Positions 36,701 through 48,700 of a DNA stretch of 64,000 nt are shown one piece after another. The stretch lies in NCBI GenBank assembly GCA_002633005.1, contig NMRA01000102.1, positions 449,511-513,510 of the forward strand, given 5' to 3'. Positions within the stretch are counted from its first letter, which is position 1. Each line of letters starts with the position of its first letter. Position numbers and translations under genes: made by a program. The notes under the pieces were generated by a model. It was not told where the DNA came from. It saw nothing but the letters and a program-made list of their open reading frames with translations, and did no database searches. This DNA is from Phoronis australis. Lineage: Eukaryota; Animalia; Phoronida.

Positions 36701-39700
36701 TCTATTTGGTGCGACCATGAGATTTCCAGGGGCAAAGGCTTTTCCCGTATTTTGGTCCAGCCATGTGATGTTGCAGTACAGTACAGCACAATGTTACTGG
36801 GTGTGGCCACTGACAAGACAATGAGTATTATTCCCACCCCTTGAAACCTGTTCTAGTCCACACACAAGGCAGAATCATGATACGCACGTTGACTTGTGCA
36901 CGACTGGTGCATGACTGGTGCACGACTGGTGCACGACTGGTGCACAGGCTATTGTCTTGGGTGTTTTATTTTCATTTGCCAAGTGTAACAATATGGAGTT
37001 TTTTAGAATCTAAATTAGAGGGAGTCAGCCCTCCTTTTTAGCATACTGCGGCGCATTAAAAGAAAATATGAGGAAAACAGGAGAAGGCGAGATTTTGAAT
37101 CGAATTGGCAGAAAGAGCGGACCTGGCTTCAAGACACAGAAGATGACGTGAAACTAGTATCAACATGTCGAGCTAAAGACCGGAGGGGGGTGCATGCAAA
37201 ATCTAGGAGTCGACCGCCACCTTGCCCAATACAGCCGTTTAAATGAAAAACAATCTAATAAACATCATTTTCTTGGGCCATTCTCTGCCTTTTGTAACCA
37301 AGAAAAGTGTTGTTTTGAAAACAGTATGCTCGTGACACGCGCCATTTCCTAAAATTAAATGAAGTGAAACCAATTGTGATAATTTGTTGTGACATGAATG
37401 CAACCTAGTGAAAGAATGACAGTTGATTGCAGAATCAGCGAACAAAGAAACTGGCCAATGGTTGACGCTATATTTCATGGCGTCGAAAGTCGACGCAAAG
37501 ATAGTGCCGCAATTTTAGCTGCAAAATAATGGTAGACTTCCAATTATTCCAACAACAGTAAATAATTTAGTGTACTCAAGAAAGAGAGTAGCTTTTAATG
37601 AAATTAATTTTGTGTGAGATTTTATCTGGTCAGTCTTTTACCCACGTCGGCGCATAGCAAGGCCACGTCTTGTGTTGTTGGGAATTTATCGACGCCCAAA
37701 GTTTCTTGGTAGGAATTCTGCATTTTCTAAAAACGATACTAGCCCTAATAGATAGTGACATCAACTCATGAAATGATCATTTTTATTGATGTTAACAGCA
37801 AGTTTGTGGTGACCGTCGCAAAACGGCCGGGGGACTGAACTTTGGGCTGGGCGAGTAGATTTTCAGGCTCACTTGCCCAGCTGGCGAGCGGGGTTTTGAA
37901 AGCTGGGTATATTCCTGCGTAGTATGTGAAAGTTTCGTATGAATCCAATTTACCATTTCTGAGATATGATGTTCCCAAATTAGCCAAAGCTTCACATTTT
38001 TCTTAGGTCCTACATAATCTTAAAATTTTCTTTTTATTTCAATATACATGTTATATCTTCTTAGTGCTGAGGGCTCTCATATTTTTTGTTGAGTTTAGAA
38101 CTGACCTTAGTGAGAACTTGGTGTTGTCATGGGAAATTTAAGGGAAGTCCTACTTGGAGTCTTGAGAATTGAGCTTGTGAATAAGAGTACTGAAGCATCA
38201 TAAGTTACGATGTACTCTTTTACAAATTTTTATATTATTGGCTGTTAAAACTTTTCTACCATAAAAATATGTTTGGATCAAGTGGCTTTGGAAATACGAC
38301 CTGATTAAATTCTTCACTGGCTTTTGTGTACTTCGGAGTAATAGTAATGATTTAATGACATTGTGTGTTCTCAGGTGCCATGGGAAAGCGCACAAAATTC
38401 CAGCAGAACGACATCGCCCAGTTGGTCGTGCGTGTGCAGAGAACTGATGACGTCCGTGCCAATGACCCGACTCCTGATCTGACACCTGTTGATGTAGCCT
38501 TGGATGATGAAACGGTGTTGAACCAGATGAAATTGACAGAACCTGTGGAGACGGAAGAGAAGCCTACAATGGTGGAACAGTCTGTGCTGTTGGCTATGTG
38601 GTAATTGGCTTGAGTGGTGACCTAGATTATAACAGTCTGTGCTGTTGGCTATGTGGTAGTTGGCTTGACTGGTGACCTAGATTATAACAGTCTGTGCTGT
38701 TGGCTATGTGGTTGTTGGCTTGACTGGTGACCTAGATTATAGCAGTCTGTCAAAAATTCTCTTTGCACAAAATTTGACTTAAGCTGTACATTTTAAATAA
38801 GTAAAAATTATAATAGTCCTCATACTCATCATATATATGATATCAACATGCTGGTTTATGATAACATTACAAAGTAGATTGTTAACAGTAGTCACACAAA
38901 ACACCATTTTCTCGTCATGATTTGTCCAGTTACAACAGAAATGGTAGGTAATGACTGGTCAGTGTAGCATAATGACTGGTGAGTGTGACGTAATGACTGG
39001 TAATACTGGTCAGTGTGACATAATGACTGATAATGACTGGTCAGTGTGATATAATGACTGGTAATGACTGCTCAGTATGGCATAATGACTGGTAGTGACC
39101 AGTCAGTGTGCCATAGTGACTGGTCAGTGTGGCATAATCTTATTCATTGAATAGTATTAATCTGGGAATGTTCGCCCTTTGTGATGAATGTGTTAACTTT
39201 GTAATCAGTTGTCACTCCAAAGATGTTTGTCTTCTTACCCATTTTACTATTTTACTTTAATGAGGAGCGTACTTTTAAATCTCTCTAAAACAGATATTCA
39301 TGTTTGTTTGCTGATTTTGTTCTTTTGATGTTACAGTATGTATAACAAACGGAACAGTCCCGATGATGAAATCACAGGTTGGCAGACTGCAGCTTACTTG
39401 ACTGTGAGTCTAATTAGCAATTTGGTTTTGTTTTTGTGTGGTTGAGTTTTTTTCATTGGTTTTAGCTATTACCACACAGGAATATAAATGTCAAAGGATA
39501 CCCGTGTACAGTGACAAAACTGTATGTATAGTTTGTGTTTAAAAGGCGTAGTTTTTTGTTTAAATGACAAGGTTGCCATCCTGAGTGTCACTTACCTTAT
39601 GAAGAGAAACTTATTCTGTGACTAAAACTTTGAGTAAGCAATCTATCTCAAAATTCTCTTATTTTGTATTTATTTTTTTTTATTTATTTAACCTGGAAAC

Positions 39701-42700
39701 ACATTCAATTACAAGTAAAAATCAGCCTCTTTTAAGGCCCTGCCAAACATACTTCCATACACAGCATGGTAAGCAGCAGAAACTAAGAGCATTAAAACTA
39801 TAATGAATAAGGATAAAATTGTTTAAAGGGAGACAACATAAAACATTATTGCATGAATTAAATTGTTTAAAGGGAGACAACATAAAACATTATTGCATGA
39901 ATTAAATTGTTTAAAGGGAGACAACATAAAGCATTATTGCATGAATTAAATTCAATTTCTTCCAGTACATCATCGCCCACTCCACAAACTGGTCAGTCAA
40001 GTCGACAGCCCTGTACTCCAGGTGCCTGGAGGAACAGGGCAGCTTCCGTCGCCAGATGCGCTGTATGTCACAATTAGAAGAGCTCGTTCATCAGTTCAGC
40101 AGGCTGTCCCCTAGTGTTAGTCAGCGTCTACATATCTTCCACAGTGTCGACATGTTGCCTACTTGGTTGGTTGAGGTAACATACCATCACAATATGTGGC
40201 TTAAGACTTAATTTTATGACGTCATTTTGTACTTTTGCAAGATGGCTATGTTCAAGTTTATATTTAAAACAAATTTGTTTGTAACATAGTCATGAGTAGA
40301 TTGTTTACATTTCTTTTTTGTTTTTTTCTTGGCTTTTGGGACTGATCCCAGTAATGTTTTTCTAATGAAGTTTTGTCAACAAATAGCCTTAGAATTTCTG
40401 TTGAACACTCGTCCAGAATTAACATGCTATCAAAATGGCATCCTGACCCATACTGTGGGAACTATTTGTCTTGTCATGGCTTTCATGAAAATCAGCCAAA
40501 GTCACATTCTGATGGTTTAAAAACATTCTTTATCTTCTAGAGAGCATTTGGTCAACTGCTCTACAAGCTGGGTTCCCACAATGCAGCACTGGATGTGTTT
40601 GAACGACTCCATCTCTGGGAAGACGTGATACGGTGCTATGGTGCTCTGGGAAGGACTGAGAAGGTAATCGGATGGTGCTGTAATCGTGGCCATGAAAATT
40701 TAGTTAAGCATAGTTGAATTAATGAAATTATATAATTAAAAACCAGTTCTAATCAACTGAAATTGAGAAGCAATACAGATTTTCAAGAGATTGCGGCTAT
40801 GTAATTATGTTATTATTAACTAAAAACTTAAGCTTGTGAATTCCGTGAGTGTTCAGTGTAAGTGTGCGTACATGCATGGCAAGTTATTTAGAGTGTGTGA
40901 AAGAAAACCATGGCGTAATGTTTTTGCAGATTATATTGAAATGTATATGGATCCAGAGTCTACAGTCTAGGAATGTGTAATAAGCATACTTTGGACTATC
41001 CATTCAAAGTGCAACTCTTTCCACAATTTATCCTCTTGGAATTTAGCTTTTGAAGTATTCAGGTAGTTCAAATAGTTCTTTTTACCCATTCTTTAGGCAG
41101 AGCAGTTAATTCGAGAGCAACTGGCCGTGCGACCAACCCCCATACTCTACTGTTACCTTGGTGATGTAACCAGGGACATTGACAACTATCAGAAGGCTTG
41201 GGACCTGTCCAAGGGTCATAGTGCCAGGGCTATGAGATCTCTGGGGTATCACTATCTGAAGAAGGAACAGGTGAGAAATGGTGGGGTCTGGTCAGTACAG
41301 CCTGTCACGGGGTTAACGGGTGGTATTATTACTTGAATGGGCATATTCGTGTGGCACAATATTGTATTAAAACAATGACATTTATTTCATTTTTGATTGT
41401 TTTAAAAAAAGATGAAAATCATGAAGTTACTGCTCTGAGACATCAGTTTGGAGTTGCACTAAGGTATGAACCGTACATATACATATAGTAAGGCGTTATG
41501 GAGCTAAGACCACTGGGAGCATAGCCAGCAGTGGAAGAAACTTTGACCATCAAACAAGTGCTAATGCTTGACAGGTGTTGTGGATATTCAATGCTAACAA
41601 CCAAGTGTGAGCATAGCAACATTGTTTTTACTTTTACATTGTATATACACTGTATATTTCTTCCTGCTTTGAAAAAAGAGCCCCCACTGTGAGCCTTCAG
41701 AGGCTTCCTGGTAATCATTATAATGTGTGTGTTCAAACTTGAAAGATTCCTATTGACAGTGGGTGTCCAAATAATACATTGTCTGTCCTTGCCAGGTTGT
41801 CCATATTAGTGCTAGGGTATCCATTTAGCGTCCAAATGGACGCCCTAGCACTAATATGGACGTATGCTGCATAAAGGCCTGGTTGGAACTCTGCAGTTAA
41901 TGTGAGATGAAAAAAGATCAATGTCTGGATTTCCAAAAAACAGAACAAATTTTGTTACAATTGACCCGAGACTCTTCAACTAAACAGTTCAAAACTGGCA
42001 AATGAGTAGCAGACAATCTCAGATTTTGTTGGATATACCAGAGCCAAATGTCACAAGTTAGATTGAAAAGATCTAGTTTCCGGCTGCCTAACTTATTAAA
42101 ACAGGTCACAGCAGTAGTATTGTCCATCCTCAGTTGAACATGGACGTAACTGTTATCAGAGCAGAAAGACTTCAATACCAAGAAACAGCCTAAAGTATGA
42201 TGCTTGCGCTCCATATCGGACCAATGTCCTCCAGTAGGAGTGGAATGATTACAAACACCACCCTATCCAAACTTGCTGGGATCTGAATCGATTGGAGGCT
42301 CCTCTCTAACCAGAGGGCTACTTAAGGAGCCAATATTGTGAATTCACTATTTCAAGTCTATACTGACAAAAGTCAGGTGAAGACTTAACAGAGTCAAAAT
42401 CCTCCTTAGCCAAACGTAACGCATCATTCTTAGCAATTTCTCACCATTAATAAAGTAACGAGAACAATGGTCGCAGCTCGGCAAACAGTCGCCAAGTTGC
42501 CAATAAGCTGAGAAAAAAATCAAATAGATACCGGCTCAGCAGATAACAAATTCAGGCAAAGGGATTTAATCTTTTTCCTCTCACGAAAAGGCGACTCAGT
42601 AGTCATAGAATCTGAGGTTAGAATATAACCAAGAAATTCAATAGTCATAGAATCTGAGGTTAGAATGGAACCAAGAAATTCAATAGACTTCGATGGCATT

Positions 42701-45700
42701 AAGCTAGTCTTCTTGGCATGCACTGTGAAATCTAAAGAATCAAGTAACTCCACTGCAACCTTGCTATTAGACCCCAAGCTTCATCAAAGGTATCTCCAAT
42801 GGTAATGAAATCATCTATGTAACCACGACAACAGAGTGACTAGATTGCCATGAACTAGCCAAAACAGTTGTCAAAACTAGGGGATGAATTCAAACCCTGA
42901 GGCAAAGCTGCGAAGTGGTATAAGGAACTATGTGTAGAGATTTTCTAGTAAAACTAGACACAGCAATGGAAAAGTAGACATCCTTTAAATCAATGGATGA
43001 AAACCACGAGCTTTCTTAATAAGGGGAATAAAATCGCTAAACGTGTAAATGTTAAAATGACACTTCCGGACATGCCGGACATGATCATTCTATTGTCTCG
43101 GATTATTGATCATGGGAAATGACCCATCTTTCTTAAGAGCCAGGAAAACATTAGAGCACGATTCAGCAGTGCCTTAGGCTTCAAACTAGGCAATGATATC
43201 ACCAAGAACAGGATGTCATTTTAACATCATAACTGATGGCTTTAGACCTAACATATTGAATGAGATAGCAGTTGAGCTCAAAAACATATTCACGAATAGT
43301 GGACAAAATCCAAGAATCAGAAGTCAGTTCTGACCAATGTGAAAAGGCAGTAGCAGTTGTACCTGCATGAAAATTATGAGGTGAATTTTCAAAAAAATTC
43401 ACAAGATGTTTGAGTTGTTGTTTACAAAGAGAATCATTAACGCGCTCATATAAAACTGTCATCTCGGCTACAGAAGCATTCACTTCCTTTTAATCCTGCT
43501 TGTCGGACAACTTTGACGGAGGCCGCCACTTGCCTAAAGAAGACCTATGATGATGTTACTGATAACCTCTGCCGTAGTGACTGGACTTCTAAGGATATGA
43601 GCATAACAATGACAAACTGGTCTATTTCTTTAATGTGTTTGTTGATGTCTCCCCAAACAGAAATTCCTTTCCAATGAGCAAATTAGTCTTGCACAGTTTG
43701 TTATATGATGGTGGCTTCCTTGCAAATCTGGCACGACTTATTAAAAGTGGATGACAAAACCCTGAATGTATTGATCAGCTTTGACTAGAGCAATTCTTGT
43801 GATGCACTGCCAGAGTGAGAGGCATTAAAAAGCTTAATGATTGGCACAGTACCCTTCAAAAGAAGGGTAAATTCTGCTGCAAACTGTTGTCAAGTTTCTT
43901 AGTGCAATTTTTCAACTTGTCCTGTATCGCTGGGTTTTCGCGAGTAACAGCCATAGAATCACAGCTCTGTGGAAAGAGACATTTCTCCATAGACTTACAC
44001 AAACGTTCCTCATTGGGTCTAATTCTTACTCCACTGTTGACAATAGTAGCTATCGAATCCAAAACAGGTGGGCCAGGAACAGTGGGGGGGGGGGCCATTC
44101 GACAAATGTTTTTCGTGAGCATCCTGATACACCGATGCCAAAAAGGCGGCAACAGCTTCGCCAAACTGCAGTTGGTCAATAGGGTCATCTTTGACCTCGC
44201 TCTCCTCTGCCTCATTGCCCTCGTATTCCTCGGGGATAGAAAAAAGGGCCTGCTGCTATTCAGTGGCGAAAATCAGTTCAGCGATTTGCAACAGAACACA
44301 GTCGCTCCCTGAGTTCTCCTTAGCCTCCGGCGCGACAACTCTAACACCATCCGACTACTTGGTCAGTCTCACCACTGTTTCTATGGCTATATCCAACTGC
44401 GAGTTGGTTGAATGACCAGGAACGTTCTAGGACAACAACGTCATAATGATAAACATGTTCTTCCCTACTGAAAAGTAGATCAACTAGCATGCTGCATCTC
44501 AGACAGATTGAAAAACATGACGTCTCACTGACGAGGTCAAGTCATACTGACTGACGAGAGTTAGGACGTCATCTCATGTAGTCCCGAGGTATTCTTGAGC
44601 CAAGTGAAATTGCTAATTATTTTTGGAAACTGAATTGCTTGAATCTTCTGTTTCATTAAACATTTATTTACACATAGGTCCAGTAAGTTAAAACTACAGC
44701 AAATAAAGTGTTTCATGATAGGAGAGCATCATTTAGTCGTGTGTTGTTACTTATGATAACGTGATGTCTGCTGTCTTATGTCTGCTTTTAGTATGAAGAG
44801 TGTGTTGCGTGCTTTGAAAAGACACTTCATGTAAACCGACTTCAACGTGACGCCTGGTTCAGTTACGGCTGTGCATCTATGTTGCTTCAGAAGTTACCAC
44901 AGGCAGCCAATGCCTTCCGCTGCTGTCTTGAAGTTGACTTTGATGTAAGTAGGTTCTACTTCTGTCAAGATGTTGGGGACTGTTCCTTCCAAAAGTTCAA
45001 CAGTCATATGTGGAGTGTTTCATAGGCTCCTCAAGGAAGTGAACATTGATGCTTTGCTAGACCTGTTCACTTTCTCAAATGCAACAGGTTTTATTAGTAC
45101 TTTGATCGAACATTAAAATTCATTAGCAAATATGTTTAGTAAGATATGGTTGGATGAATCGCATTTGTTTTTGGCCAAAATATGAGTACGAACTTTAAAA
45201 TCAGGGCATATGTAAATAACGACATTGATAGATGTTTCGGTTTATTGTCCCTAAACCAAAATGTCCGTCAATAAGTCGTTATTTACATATGCACTGATTT
45301 TAGTTCGGATAACATGAGTATTGATTGGTGTAGTTAGTGTTTTCACGCCAATGTTTTGTGACATCATAAAAGTATATACAAGCACCAAATCCTGATCTTT
45401 TCAATTTTAAACCAATGTTGACCAATGAAAATGGTGATAACGAAGAAAGGCATTCTTCGTGAAAAGCTCATGACATGTCTTCTTGTTGGTTTTCAGTGTA
45501 AAAAGCACCCAAATACTCTGCTACAGAGTTGGTTTCAACTTGTTTACTGCTTTATGTTAGGGTTTTAGAAGTTAGCTTTGTTTGCCTTTAGTTAAGAGTG
45601 AACTCTACATTGGCCAGCTAAGATCAGCACATTTTTGCCACAGAAGCAACATGCCTGTTAGCGCATTGAGGAATGGGTTGGTTCCTTGCTCCAACACTAG

Positions 45701-48700
45701 GTGGAAATGCTACTTCATGATTCTGAGGATGTTTTGAGCCTTTAAATTTATTTTATTTGAATCAGTTGACTGTATTTTAAGACTGATAGTATTTACACGC
45801 GATGAGTGCAAATTAACAGTAATTGCATTTACTATCGTTTACTTTTAAATAAATACGTCAAGATAATACTGAATCAGGACAGGAAAGTTTAATAGCCCTT
45901 TCAGATTACTAACCAGTTGAGTTGTTTGGAAATTCTCAATCAAGAGTGTTACGTTTGTTACAGAATGCACAAGCTTGGAATAACTTGGGTTCCATCTATG
46001 TTAAAATGAATGAAAAGTAAGTGAGTAATGTAGTTAGAATATAAATTATTCTAATTTTGCTTTGTGGAATCTGTATAATCATACATTCCAATGACATTCA
46101 TCAAGATTACTTTAATTGATCAACATTCATATTAAGATTATGATTTTGTCTGGACTGTTACTTTATTTTAAAACCAGGAATAGGTAACCAACATTTCATC
46201 TCTGCTTGATGAAGGTATTATTTGTCTGCGGCCTATTTTTATCAAAGGTGGTATGCCCAGTTTTAACTTCAATTTAACCTGCACACACACTGAATGGAGT
46301 AAAAAAATGATCAACTTTACAATCAGTTGTGACACTGCAATCTTGTAACATCCCATTCTCAGTTACTGATGGTTTTAGCTATGATTTAGTGTTCAACCTT
46401 GATAGAACTGCCCCCTGTGGTTTATGTGTGATCAAATGTTAGAGCAGTCTCAGTAGTAATTCTGGTAACTTTGCTTGTTTAGGGTCAAAGCCCTGAAAGT
46501 TTACAAAGAGGCTGTAAAATATGACTATGAAAACTGGAGAATTTGGCATAACCATATGACAGTAAGTTGCATTGTGGGAGTTTTTGTTTATTGAATTTGC
46601 AGTTGGCGTGATAGTTTTATATTTTCAAATGATGTCACAATGACCTAACTTCCATGTAACGCACAATGCGCCACTGGACTCCATAAAAAATTGTGAGAAT
46701 TAAATGTTTATATTGTGGCTTATTTATAATGATATTGTCTCAGACTTGTGGACCAGGTGTTCTCTTTCATGTAATTTTTTATTGCACCATTGCAGTTATT
46801 TTTCGAGCGAATTTTTTTTTTAGTTTACCATTGAAGCACTGACTGTAATATTTATAAGCTAGTTTTCCATTGAAGCGTTGACTAATATTTATTAGCCCTG
46901 GCATATAGTCAGCCCTGGCATGTAGTCAGCCATATAGTCAGTCCTGGCATATGGTCAGCCCTGACACATCGTCAGTCCTGGCACACAGTCAGCCCTGGCA
47001 TACAGTCAGCCCTGGCATACAGTCAGCCCTGGCATACAGTCAGCCCTGGCATACAGTCAGCCCTGGCATACAGTCAGCCCTGGCATNNNNNNNNNNNNNN
47101 NNNNNNNNNNNNNNNNNNNNNNNNNNNNNNNNNNNNNNNNNNNNNNNNNNNNNNNNNNNNNNNNNNNNNNNNNNNNNNNNNNNNNNNNNNNNNNNNNNNN
47201 NNNNNNNNNNNNNNNNNNNNNNNNNNNNNNNNNNNNNNNNNNNNNNNNNNNNNNNNNNNNNNNNNNNNNNNNNNNNNNNNNNNNNNNNNNNNNNNNNNNN
47301 NNNNNNNNNNNNNNNNNNNNNNNNNNNNNNNNNNNNNNNNNNNNNNNNNNNNNNNNNNNNNNNNNNNNNNNNNNNNNNNNNNNNNNNNNNNNNNNNNNNN
47401 NNNNNNNNNNNNNNNNNNNNNNNNNNNNNNNNNNNNNNNNNNNNNNNNNNNNNNNNNNNNNNNNNNNNNNNNNNNNNNNNNNNNNNNNNNNNNNNNNNNN
47501 NNNNNNNNNNNNNNNNNNNNNNNNNNNNNNNNNNNNNNNNNNNNNNNNNNNNNNNNNNNNNNNNNNNNNNNNNNNNNNNNNNNNNNNNNNNNNNNNNNNN
47601 NNNNNNNNNNNNNNNNNNNNNNNNNNNNNNNNNNNNNNNNNNNNNNNNNNNNNNNNNNNNNNNNNNNNNNNNNNNNNNNNNNNNNNNNNNNNNNNNNNNN
47701 NNNNNNNNNNNNNNNNNNNNNNNNNNNNNNNNNNNNNNNNNNNNNNNNNNNNNNNNNNNNNNNTGTATTTTCATAGGTCTTCAGGTGTATACTTTGTGTT
47801 ACTTCGTGACTATGAAGGAAAAGTTCCAAGTAGAAATTTGTTTCTGGCATTCTAATGCTGTGCTAATCTCGTATGTTGGTAAATTTGTTTTTAATTGTAT
47901 GTTTCTGTGGTGCTTTAAGCAACTGGTGTATAGGATGTGCTTGTGTTATGAAGATTACTCACATTTTGCCCCTAGCCTATTGAGGAGACAGTGTTCACGC
48001 CTTTCCATTTTGCTAAGTACAACATACTACATATATGCCCTCTACTGGCCACTTTATGGTACCAATAAACAACCCTAGAAGGATACCGTTTGCGGTGCAA
48101 TTGTGGGCGCATTTCAACGCTCTGCGTTGCTCTTGTTACTGTTTTCGAGTCTTTTTTTTGGCGTCTGCCCCTCTATCAACCAAATCGTTCTAAGAATGAT
48201 TGTGGAAATTAGCATGTATGTTCTTACTATGATGAGGACAGACAAAGACGATTTTCCGACGACTTTGACAACTGTGGTGCCTCCTAATGACAGTTTTTTT
48301 GCGCATATGACTGTATCTCCTTAACACTATGCAGAATTGTTATTAAAGTTAGCAATTGTATTTATATGAATTTGACAATGGACGACGACGACTTTCGGAC
48401 GGATCTTACTACCAGTGTGCTCCTTGTGGCAATTTTAATTGTTTACGTTTACCTCTACATCTTCAAAGTTCCTCAACAGGTTTTCATAAAATTTGGAATA
48501 TAGGCATCTGTTGGAGAAATGACACTATCCTCCTGTTTTCACATGGTATCGTGGTATTTTGCCATTTTGCGCCACCTGATGGCCATTTTTGCTGTTTTGG
48601 AGTCCGCCCCTTTATCAAATAAATCATTCTAAGGATGATTGTGAAAATTGGCATACATGTTCTTAGTGTAAAGAGGATGGTTGACGGTGGTATTCCATTG

